A stretch of 63,905 nt of DNA, filler included, from Octopus bimaculoides (Eukaryota): assembly GCF_001194135.2 (NCBI RefSeq). It is 4 parts of 4 records of this genome, joined end to end, with 100 filler letters (N's around TTAATTAATTAA, not from the genome) between each part and the next. Parts side by side here need not be neighbours in the genome. Positions count along the whole stretch, not along the records: positions 22,624 to 32,536 come from NC_068985.1; positions 32,637 to 59,178 come from NC_068999.1; 2 more parts are not named here. One strand, 5' to 3'. A program made the translations under genes and the position numbers. Below are positions 26,480-37,305 of this stretch, piece by piece. The number at the start of each line of letters is the position of its first letter. Within the stretch, counting starts at the first letter, position 1. A model generated the notes under the pieces. It did not search any database and was not told the origin of the DNA. It saw only the letters and a program-made list of their open reading frames with translations.

Positions 26480-26830
26480 CCCTGTTTGAAGGGACAACGT
26501 TTCACAGTGAAAGGCAACTTCACATGTGCTTCGGAGAACCTGATATACGCACTCAACTGCTCTGGGTGTCAAGAGCAATACATAGGCCAAACAAAAACAG
26601 TCCACATCAAAGGATGGCTCTGCACAGATCCCAGGTCAAAATTCCCCAAAACAGAAAAATAGCATTCAGCCAAAACATCGACAATTGCGCCAATAGCAAA
26701 AACACAAACTTCAGAATTTCTTTCCCTCTCTCAATTCAGGGACGATACAACCTGTAGCCAACGTATTAGTAAAGAGACTCTCTTTATTACAGAATACAAA
26801 CCCCTTTTGAACGCATCTACAACAAATGAC
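26480..26830 (+). mobile_element. Penelope-like element GIY-YIG endonuclease remnant
   Basis: GQRFTVKGNFTCASENLIYALNCSGCQEQYIGQT, then after a frameshift RMALHRSQ...RISKETLFITEYKPLLN. Confidence 0.85.
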
Positions 26831-27036
26831 ATATCCACCACGACCTTAGAATAACACATACACAAATATTAAAAATGATGCATTTAAAAGAGATACCCAA
26901 GAATTCATTAACAAGAGTCCCAAACAGTACTATAATCCACAACGAGCCACTTTCAGGTTACTTGACCATTTAACATTCTACTACTATCATACTACTCCCG
27001 CATTCTTTGATTTTTCTTTCACTTTTTCTTTGTCTC

Positions 27037-27166
27037 CTTCTTCTTCTTCTTCTTCTTCTTCTTCTTCTTCTTCTTCTTCTTCTTCTTCTTCGTCTTCTTC
27101 TTCTTCTTCTTCTTCTTCTTCTTCTTCTTCTTCTTCTTCTTCTTCTTCTTCTTCTTCTTCTTCTTC
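27037..27166. repeat. (CTT)n microsatellite
   Basis: About 43 near-perfect units. Source of the poly-L/S/K/R ORF artefacts. Confidence 0.97.
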
Positions 27167-27174
27167 TCGCTACT

Positions 27175-27203
27175 GTTTCCATAGTAACTGTTTCCATAGT
27201 AAC
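27175..27203. promoter_or_regulatory. Tandem RFX X-box-like motifs (GTTTCCATAGTAAC x2)
   Basis: Identical 14-mers at 27175-27188 and 27190-27203 fit the X-box consensus GTHNYYATRRNAAC. A GC box (GGGGCGGGG, about 27352-27360) and TATAAAAG (27416-27423) lie nearby. Confidence 0.4.
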
Positions 27204-29009
27204 CAAAGACGCTACGCATGCACACAAGGAGGAGAAGGAGATACTAAAAAGATAATCTACGAAAAAAGATAATAATGCTCCTGTCTTTTTCTCTGTCACA
27301 GCATATGAATGAGAAAGGAAAAGGTGATAGATGAATAAAGAAGGAATCTAGGGGGCGGGGGATGGCAAAGTGGTAGTGGGAGCTTTTCAACTCTGTGTGA
27401 ATATATGTGTGTGTATATAAAAGGGAGGTTTGTGAATATGTTTGCATGTGCGCGCGTGTGTGTGTGTGTGTGTGTGTACAATGGAAGTGCGATGGTGAAT
27501 TTTTTAAGTCATAAATTTCTGTTCTAAACAATGTTTTGACTGTTAGTTGTAATAACTCCTGTCGTTTTGTTTGCACATAGCTTTTAAATATTTAATTTGC
27601 ACTCCAATGTTTTAATGTTAATTTCATTCGTGTATATTTTAATGTTTTGACTGTTATTTCTATCAATGTTTTGACATGCCAATAGCTCCNNNNNNNNNNN
27701 NNNNNNNNNNNNNNNNNNNNNNNNNNNNNNNNNNNNNNNNNNNNNNNNNNNNNNNNNNNNNNNNNNNNNNNNNNNNNNNNNNNNNNNNNNNNNNNNNNNN
27801 NNNNNNNNNNNNNNNNNNNNNNNNNNNNNNNNNNNNNNNNNNNNNNNNNNNNNNNNNNNNNNNNNNNNNNNNNNNNNNNNNNNNNNNNNNNNNNNNNNNN
27901 NNNNNNNNNNNNNNNNNNNNNNNNNNNNNNNNNNNNNNNNNNNNNNNNNNNNNNNNNNNNNNNNNNNNNNNNNNNNNNNNNNNNNNNNNNNNNNNNNNNN
28001 NNNNNNNNNNNNNNNNNNNNNNNNNNNNNNNNNNNNNNNNNNNNNNNNNNNNNNNNNNNNNNNNNNNNNNNNNNNNNNNNNNNNNNNNNNNNNNNNNNNN
28101 NNNNNNNNNNNNNNNNNNNNNNNNNNNNNNNNNNNNNNNNNNATATATATATATATATATATATATATACGACGGGCTTCTTTCAGTTTCCGTCTACCAC
28201 TCACAAGGCTTTGGTCGGCCCGAGGCTATAGTAGAAGAGACTTGCCCAAGGTGCCACGCAGTGGGACTGAACCCAGAACCATGTGATTTATAAGCAAGCT
28301 ACTTACCACACAACCACTCCTGCGCCTATATAAATATATATATATACATACACAAGTATTCTTTTAGACCACAAAGCCCACAGAAACAGCTGTTTGTCTA
28401 ATAAGGCTCCTACTCAACCCCCTATTTCATGATACAATTTCCATTCTGGCTAAGTCAGACTTTTTTAATATGTATACATATGTACGTTTTTTTGTATTCA
28501 ATGAATTTCATATTTATTGTATATCGATTCCCTAACTTGCTTGTCATTAGATTTACTCATATATATATATATGAAACCGGTTATTTCTTAAAATACAATG
28601 TTTATATACCAAAAAGATTTTCTAACATCTTTCTAACATTTTTCTGACATAATTTAAATATATACTTTAACCATGTAACACAAGCCTTCTGTAGTTTTTT
28701 CACTCTTATTATCTTTTATATATATATATATATATGTAGCATGATATGTTTATAATTGAAATGCACAGGAACAATATAGATAGGAATTATGGCAGGTTAG
28801 AAGTCGGAAAATATATAGAGTAAACACGCAGAGAAATATATGAGTGTGTGTAACAAGGAGATTTGAATCAAATATGAAGAAATGAAACAAGGTAAATAAA
28901 GTAGCACAAAAATGTGAGGCGCGTAAACGAAACTGAGAAATGGGAAGAAAGCAGTCAAGTACATCGCAGGGTTCGTAGTGAATGCAACGTTAAAATAAAT
29001 ATATAGCAA

Positions 29010-29340
29010 TGTTCATAACGATGTCCCATCTATCTTCTCCATCCACTGTCCCTGGGAGTTCCATAGGGGCAGAGTTCTCAGGCACGTGTTGCATATAGTC
29101 CTGTCAGAATCAACTGTCATTAAACTTTCCGGCTGGATATCCAATCATGACCAGAACCGTCTTGTACTTGATCTACGCCTAGGCCACCTCTCTGCTGGCT
29201 CAGCTTGAATAAACCGTTCTAAAATTCTTTCCTGCATCATTCGTTTCACGTTGTTGTACTGGAGCTGTGACCTCTCTATGCGGAGCAATGACAGCTCATT
29301 CTGAAGAGGCTACCTGATCACCAAGCTATTCAGCCAGCCA
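29010..29340 (-). mobile_element. RTE LINE 3' remnant
   Basis: LSLLRIERSQLQYNNVKRMMQERILERFIQAEPAERWPRRRSSTR. Confidence 0.65.
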
Positions 29341-30599
29341 AGTAATATCTATTTCTTTATTGCCCACAAGTGGGGTGGGGCTAATCATACAGGGACAAAC
29401 GAGGACACACAAAGAGATTAAGTCGATTACATCGATCCCAGTGCATAACTGGTACTTATTTAATCAACCTCGAAAGGATAAAAGGCAAAGTCGACCACGG
29501 CGGAATTTGAACTCAGAAGGTAACGGCAGACAAAATACTGCGAAGCATTTCGCCCGGCGTGCTAACGATTCTGCCAGCTCGCCGCCCCCCACCCAACCGT
29601 ATAATATTACAACAAAGATGCTTTTGAGGAGGTGAGTATAGGCACGAAAACCAAATTGATAATAGCGAGTTAATAATATCAATATTCACTAACAGTTATT
29701 TATAATAGGAAAATTAAGACTTAAGTCAAGATTTAAGAAAGTAGGAAATAAATCAACGAAAATATACCCCGGTTAAAATTCTGATATAATGAAGCTCAGT
29801 ATTATTTTGATGTATTAATACTAATATTTGACAATACATTTGCAAGTAAAAAAGTAAAATAACTGATATTAAGTTTTACAAAATATGAAAAGAAAAAAAC
29901 ATGCATAGTTTCGTATTTTGCTTGATAATGTTATTGATATTGTATGCTACATCAATATCTTATAATTTGAAGCGCTTGTTTCACCAAAAATACAGTTGCA
30001 TCACGTGGAAATGTATTCACATGCGGAAAGATATTGAGACGTTTCTTCTAACTGCATCACAAGGAATATACAAATGTATGTATGTGTGTACGCATGTATG
30101 TATGAATGTATGTATGTATGTATCTATGTGTATATATATGTATGTATATGTGTATGTATATGTATATATGTATATATGTATATATTATATGTAGATATAT
30201 ATATATAAATATATATATATGCGTGTATATGTGTGTTTGTGAACATACATAAACATATATGTATATACGTGCATAAATATGCATATATATATATATCGTA
30301 CATATAGTATATATATATATATGTATGTGTGTGTATGTATAAGTATATTGTATCGGTGTGCTGCACTGAGTTGGAGTTGCCTTCTCTTCATTTTTATTCG
30401 AGAATTTTACATTGAATTCATGCATACAAACGTATAATATATATNNNNNNNNNNNNNNNNNNNNNNNNNNNNNNNNNNNNNNNNNNNNNNNNNNNNNNNN
30501 NNNNNNNNNNNNNNNNNNNNNNNNNNNNNNNNNNNNNNNNNNNNATAATAATGATAATAATAATAATGATAATGATAATAATAATAATAATGATGATAA

Positions 30600-30950
30600 G
30601 AACAAGAGCACTCAGAGAGCAAAAATCTCCACCAGTGCAACTCCAACGTCCTCTAAACGATCAGCCAGAGATGATTTTTAAAAAGAGAATATCTGAAATA
30701 AACTCGATTGCTCTCACAAACGAAAATACTAAAGATGCTCTCAAAAATTAAATTTAAAAAAAAAAACGGAAAAATAATTCAGAATCCTTGTCCGGCATCG
30801 GATAGATCCCCAAATCTAATAAGTTCGTATCAATCATGAGGCCAAACATCCCTGGAAGTTTCATATGAATCCATCCAGTGGTTCTTGAGATATCTTGTCC
30901 ACGGACAAATAAACAAACAAATGCGACTGAAAACAATACCTCCGCCTTCG
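30600..30950 (+). mobile_element. HINE-like (non-autonomous Helentron/Helitron) element, 3' hairpin truncated
   Basis: Homologous to 59866-60226: AGCACTCAGAGA...CATCCCTGxAAGTTTCAT...ACAAACAAAC...AACAATACCTCCGCCTT. Confidence 0.55.
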
Positions 30951-31960
30951 TGACAGAAACACTCATATGCGCAGGTCAGGAACAAGCGTTATGGACGAAT
31001 TATATGTAGTGCAGAATTGACCGCACTATCGATAGCGACAAACGCAGAATGTGTGGTGAAAGGGATGAATGGGTATGACACAGTGTTAGCAAATGCCCGT
31101 AATTGGCACAACGTAAATACAAACGACACCATTAGAATATGGGAAGAATGATCCATTGGGAGCTCTGTGGAAATCACGGCCTACAAAGATGTGGTAAGAG
31201 TACTCCAGAAGGAGACACTGAAGATGAGAACTGCAAAATGATGTAATGATCCAGTGCGATCACCTGACCAGGCATAGAAAACCGGATATTGTTATGGTGA
31301 ATAACAAACGGATCTTTTTTAAAACGGGGGCCACAGTTTTCATTAATGTTTTACGTAGTGTTTTTGGTACGGAAAGACTTTCAAACTTCGTATACTTATC
31401 TATTTTGTGTTATAGAACAGAAAAATATTTTTGTATTCGAATTTATTTCATGTAAAAAATTGTCTTATTTCGATAATTTCAACCAATCACTGACAAGAAT
31501 CGTTTGTTTATGTAGTCGGCACTTAATGTATATCGGCTGAATGGACGTCAGTGATTGGTTGAAATTACAGAAATACGACAACTTTAACATGGAATAACTT
31601 ATGGATTTCTTTTTTTTTTAAGAAGACTAAGAGAAAAAGATGTTTTATATGACACATTCTACCAGTGTTCCAAGTTTCAAAGTGTTTCGTTAATGAAAAA
31701 TGTGGCCCCCGTTTTAAAAAAGATCCTAAAAAACAAAGAACATATATGATAGTTGACACAGCGTGCCTCGGTGACAACAGGATCAATGTGAAAGAAGAAG
31801 AGAAAATAAACTATGACGATTTGAAATGAGAAATACGAAGGTTGTGGTCAATGAATAAAGTGGACGTGATACCAATAGTAATTGATGCGTTTGAATGTAT
31901 CAGCACTCAACTACCAACCTGGTTGAAAAAGGTCGGAGCAAGTGTGATACTGGTGCATAT
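30950..31960 (+). mobile_element. R4/Dong-like LINE C-terminal remnant (CCHC knuckle plus restriction-like endonuclease), interrupted by a MITE
   Basis: RMCGERDEWV*HSVSKCP*LAQRKYKRHH*NMGRMIHWELC, then RKPDIVMV, then after the MITE IVDTACLGDNRINVKEEEK...EIRRLWSMNKVDVIPIVIDA. Confidence 0.82.
31310..31726. mobile_element. MITE (37-bp TIRs plus internal 21-bp inverted repeat) nested in an R4-like LINE
   Basis: TIR GGATCTTTTTTAAAACGGGGGCCACAGTTTTCATTAA with 1 mismatch. Internal IR at 31474-31494/31547-31567. It interrupts the LINE frame after RKPDIVMVNNK. Confidence 0.85.
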
Positions 31961-32119
31961 ATCTTTCTCTCCATGTGTTACAGGCTGGTTGTAGAGTTAT
32001 GTCAAATGGTAGAATGCATGTGCTGATATGATAATTTAAAGCAATTAGGTAAGATAGGTTGTATACTACCAGGACGTCGAGGCATCGTTGATCTGAAGTG
32101 ACGAGCGTAGTACATTAAG

Positions 32120-32219
<100 letters not shown>

Positions 32220-32636
32220 CATGCGCACTCACACTTACACACACTCACATACTTTCGCACACACAGGTGCAGACACACACACTCACACACCCATGCACAC
32301 ATGAGCGCATACGATGTAACCGCCGTAACTACGGCGAATTCAAAGAAGATAAAAATTAAGATCTGTGCGTTTATTTCGAGATCTTGATCAGTCTCATGTA
32401 ACCTCGTGTATTCTCGTTCATAATGGAGACAAATACCAACACTTCAATGTGGCAAGCTAGAAATGTTTGAAGATCTTTTCACATGAAACATTGATTGCCC
32501 TGTTAACCACAAAATAAAGGATAATTATATATATATNNNNNNNNNNNNNNNNNNNNNNNNNNNNNNNNNNNNNNNNNNNNTTAATTAATTAANNNNNNNN
32601 NNNNNNNNNNNNNNNNNNNNNNNNNNNNNNNNNNNN

Positions 32637-32962
32637 CATTGACCACCAGATAAGGGATCGGGGGACCCTGTCAAAGGCTTTCTCCATGTCAACGAAAGCC
32701 AGGTACAGAGGTTTATCCTTAGCTAGGTATTTCTCTTGCAACTGTCTCACTAGAAATAAGGCATCAGTAGTGCTTTTACCTGGCACGAACCCAAACTGCA
32801 TCTCATCTAAATTGATTCGCTCCCTAATTAGTTGGGCTATGACCCTCTCTGTAACTTTCATAACCTGATCTAACAGCTTGATGCCTCTGTAATTATTTGT
32901 ATCTAAAGCGTCCCCTTTACCTTTGTAGCAGTTGACTATGATGCTGCTACACCAGTCATAAA
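32637..32962 (-). mobile_element. RTE-clade LINE reverse-transcriptase fragment with open frame (cut by assembly linker)
   Basis: DWCSSIIVNCYKGKGDALDTNNYRGIKLLDQVMKVTERV...EMQFGFVPGKSTTDALFLVRQLQEKYLAKDKPLYLAFVDMEKAFDRVPRSLIWWSM, with no stops. Confidence 0.92.
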
Positions 32963-33319
32963 TATGTATGTCCAAAATATTTCCATATTAATATTATTAT
33001 TATTTTCCATTTTTGACTCCTATTGTATCCTCATATTTTTATTCTTAAGTTTTACTGCCATTCTCTCTTTTGATTAATCTCTAGCCTTGACATATGCTGA
33101 ATCTCTAACTTTCAGATTCCCCTACCTTTCTTTACTACTATTATTGCTGCCTCTGCTGCTGCTGCTGCCACCGCCGCCACTACTTCATGTAAATTTACAC
33201 AGACACAAACACTCATATATATGCATATATACCATATATCATATATATTTACATATATATATATATATATATATAGTAAAAAAAAAGAGGAAGAGAATTG
33301 CGATTATCCCCGTGTGGTG

Positions 33320-33680
33320 AGTTCCCAACCTTCTGGAAGGCTTGGAATTCCACTTCAAACAAGGAAAGAGGTTTGCAATTAAGACCAACTTCACTTCTGC
33401 ATCTGAGAATTTAATTTATGTTATAACTTGTTCAGGTTGTGGATAACTATATAGGACAGACAAGTATGTCACTTGGACGGAAAACCACATTGCATAAGGA
33501 ACAGAACCATTTCTCAAGTTGTAGACAAATACCTCTAAGTGAACACATAGAGTGATATGCAAGGAATCACCAACCAGATTTCACTATTTTCCCCAACTAC
33601 CAGTGCAAGGAAACAATTTCTTCACAAGAACATTTAAAAAGAAAATTAATTTATTGAAAATACAGAACATGCCTAAATAT
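33320..33680 (+). mobile_element. Second Penelope-like GIY-YIG remnant
   Basis: GKRFAIKTNFTSASENLIYVITCSGCG, frameshift, then YIGQTSMSLGRKTTLHKEQ. Confidence 0.8.
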
Positions 33681-34299
33681 GAATGCATATATATATTGTA
33701 ATTCATGATCGCATATCCATCAGTGTATATATGTCATCCCACTACTTTAGCTCATGAGTTTATGTTATGTTAATTTAACCACCACTCAAAAAGGAGTTAT
33801 TACCTCCCCTGTCCTGAATAATAACTATCACTAATTACCTCCCCTTAGATTTTTCTACTTGTTTATTCACCCACAAACTTTCATACAAGAACATGGACTA
33901 AAACCTTCATAAGAAAATACAAAATCACAATAATTTCCATGTTATGATTAGAAAAATGCAAAACCGATCAAATACTACAATACTCTATCATTTAAAATAT
34001 ATTAAAACTATGTGAACTGTGTGCATTTACCTTCTTTTATTATATATATATAAATATATNNNNNNNNNNNNNNNNNNNNNNNNNNNNNNNNNNNNNNNNN
34101 NNNNNNNNNNNNNNNNNNNNNNNNNNNNNNNNNNNNNNNNNNNNNNNNNNNNNNNNNNNNNNNNNNNNNNNNNNNNNNNNNNNNNNNNNNNNNNNNNNNN
34201 NNNNNNNNNNNNNNNNNNNNNNNNNNNNNNNNNNNNNNNNNNNNNNNNNNNNNNNNNNNNNNNNNNNNNNNNNNNNNNNNNNNNNATATATATATATAT

Positions 34300-35000
34300 A
34301 TATATATATAAGTTCAAAAAAAGGAAAAAGACAAAAAGCAATAACAAAAAACAACAACTTGAGGACGTGATACAGATTGTGTTACTAGACGCTCGGGAAA
34401 GGAAAGAGAGAGAGTATGACGTTTCGAGCGGAGCTCTTCGTCGGAAACAAGGAAAGTTCAAAGAAGGGAAAAACGGAAGAAGAAAAAATCGCCACCGATG
34501 TCCACGAGGTTACATTGTGGAAGGACCGGAAGGGGAAGTGGTGGAGGAAAAGTTCTTTCTAAGACAGGAGAGTGAAATATGTATGCGTGCATGGGGGTCT
34601 CTGTGTGTGTGTGTGTGTAATAATAGAACGTGTGTGTACGTATGTATGTATGTGTGTGTGTTCGTGGTTTTGGCTGTTTATCTGTTAGTGTGTGTGTGTG
34701 TGTGTGACGTAGTGGAAGGAATTAGTAGCAGGAATAGTTTGAGTGGTTGTGGACAATGGTCAGTTTTTGAGTATGTGTGTGTGCATGTGTGTCTGTATTG
34801 TGTGGGTGTGATTTCCTAGCAGTGTGTGCCTGTATTTTTTGTGTGTGTGTGTGTATGTGTATATATATGTGTGTGTACGTGTGTGTGTACGTGTGTGTGT
34901 ACGTGTGTGTGTATATGCATGCAGTTTGCTCTCTGGATAGCACGTGGGTTATTTCGTGTGTGTGCGTGTATATGCGTAGTATGTGTTCGTGTATGTGTTA
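34300..35000 (-). mobile_element. Penelope-like 3' end/pseudo-LTR with hammerhead-like motif and (TA)n tail
   Basis: Minus strand 34444-34418 reads CCGACGAAGAGCTCCGCTCGAAACGTC. A related end with the same architecture lies at 55900-56220 (+). Confidence 0.55.
34418..34444 (-). ncRNA. Minimal type I hammerhead-ribozyme-like motif (variant core CCGACGA)
   Basis: Core CYGANGA-A, stem II GAGC/GCTC with TCC loop, then GAAAC-GTC giving a palindromic ACGT stem III, as in PLE minimal hammerheads. U4 is C and stem I pairing is poor. Confidence 0.4.
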
Positions 35001-35007
35001 TTGATAT

Positions 35008-35292
35008 ATATACTGTTGTGTCTGGGTAGAGTCATTTTCTTATTGTGCCTTAAAATTTAACACACTCACCGGTAAAATTTCCATTTATTCCTTATTTTTA
35101 TTTTCCTAAAATTTTCTTTGAATCTTGCAACCTTATCAATAGTCTTGACAGTCAAGACTATTGAAAAGGTTGCAAGATTCAAAGAAAATTTTAGGAAAAT
35201 AAAAATAAGGAATAAGTGGAAATTTTACCGGTGAGTGTGTTAAATTTTAAGGCACAATAAGAAAATGACTCTACCCAGACACAACAGTATAT
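35008..35292. repeat. 285-bp near-perfect palindrome (142-bp arms, 1-nt centre at 35150)
   Basis: Centre AATAGTCTTGAC-A-GTCAAGACTATT. I found 2 mismatches between arms by eye. Confidence 0.92.
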
Positions 35293-36671
35293 GCTTCAAC
35301 ACACGAAATCACATAAAAAAATCTTGCAAACCAAATCCAAAAACGAAATATATATATATTTATATATATATATATATATATATAAAAGTAAATATTTTAA
35401 GTGTTGGGTATATTCCAAGACAGAGACAGGCAAAGGAGCAACACACACACATGCGCACACACATGCACACACACACACACACACACACATGCACACACAA
35501 TCACACACATATACTACATTTCATTTTGCATGCCACTGTTTGATAAGCGGTTTTTGGCAAAACATTGAGTCACAGACAACTTCTTAAAAATAAATCTATA
35601 TCGACATTAATTTCTTTCTTTGTATCACCACCACCACCACCATTGTTATTATCATCATCATTTTTCATGCTGGCATAAGTTAAATGGGTCATCATGTTTT
35701 GTGTTAGCTCTTATTTGGAATTACTGCCCTTCTAGATAAGTTGGGATTATATTTCACTCATATGTTCCAATTTTGCCATGGTTTCTACTGCTTGATGCCA
35801 TTCCTAATTGCAACCTCTTTAAGGAGTGTACTGGGTACATTTTATCATTCTGCCAAAACTTGAGAGGTTATCCTGTTTCTGGCAAGATGAAAAATCATCC
35901 TCTCTCTTATATTGTCTCTGTTATTTGCCATATATTTTCCAGAGTATACTGGATGCATTTTATCATGTCACCAGCACTGGAGAAGTTGTCTTATCTGCAG
36001 AGAGATTAAAGATTCTTCTCTATTGTACATTATCTCCATGCTTTCAGAGCAACATTACCAAGAGGATCTGAGTAAAAAGGTGATGCAAGAGGGAAAGCAA
36101 AATGGAAGAAATAATGTAAAAAGATGATAGCAGAGAAAGTAATGGAAAGTAGAGTGATACTTAGTTACTTGATGGTTGTTGGTAAGGAGACTGAATAGAA
36201 AAGCAGCATGATCAGGGGGGAGAATGTGATAAGAAGGAGTTAAAGTGATGGAAGAGGAAATAATGGAAGTAGAAAAAGGTGATGGATGTCCAGCAGGTAG
36301 TAACATAAGAGAAAGAGATAGATAGATAGATAGATAGATAGAGGGGGAGAGAGAGAGAGATGTATGATGGCAAAAGAGAGTGTGAGTGAATTGTGACAAT
36401 AATAAATGATGGAAGAGGGAGAAATGGAAGAGAAAGAAGTAATGGTGATTGAATATAGATAGACCCAATATTATCCCTCCCTACACAGATGGTGTGATAG
36501 AAGAGAGTTAGATTGAGAGTAGGGGTTTACAGTGTTAGCAGGAAGAGTTAGTGATAGATAAAAAAGTAATGAAGGGAGGAGGAGGGCAGTAGATAGAAAC
36601 TTAAAATGTGCATAATGTAAGAAATGCAAATATAGATATTATACCTCTCTCTCTCACTCACACACACACAT

Positions 36672-36704
<33 letters not shown>

Positions 36705-37262
36705 TATACATACGCAAGAGAGAGAGAGTGAGAGCAAGAGAACTGTAATTGTGTTGGGATAAACTTGATCATTTCCACATCCCTAAAGGGTTTCTGTAGA
36801 CGATACTAGTCAAAAATACTCATCAATTATGACTATTTATGACACACAAAACATGTGCATGAAGAAAGAACTCACTTTACTTAAAATTTTAATGGACTCT
36901 ACATACTTCTAACACCGCTGTATACTGAGCATTGCATTTTCTGCATGAAAACGCAAATAGATATATGTGCATACACACATGCATACAGACACACATGCAT
37001 ACAGACACACATGCATACAGAAATCAAACATTTTGAACTGAATATACTCTCAATCATTTCAATATATCATCAATGTTTAATATAATAGACAGGAGGCAAA
37101 ATGCATTTATCTATCTATATATATATTACGTGTATGTGTGTATATATTTATATGTGTGTGTGTATATATATGTGTGTGTCTGTATATATGTGTGCGTATG
37201 TATGTGTGTGTGTGTGTATATGTATGTGTGTATGTACCTATATATATGTGTGTATGTGTGTG

Positions 37263-37305
<43 letters not shown>

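Noticed and set aside
29615-29640. Strong donor-like GAGGAG|gtgagt
   Set aside because: No convincing upstream acceptor or coding frame; it directly follows a SINE head.
36050-36620. Purine-rich stretch giving hydrophobic minus-strand ORFs
   Set aside because: Low-complexity GA/GAT-rich sequence, not a membrane-protein exon.
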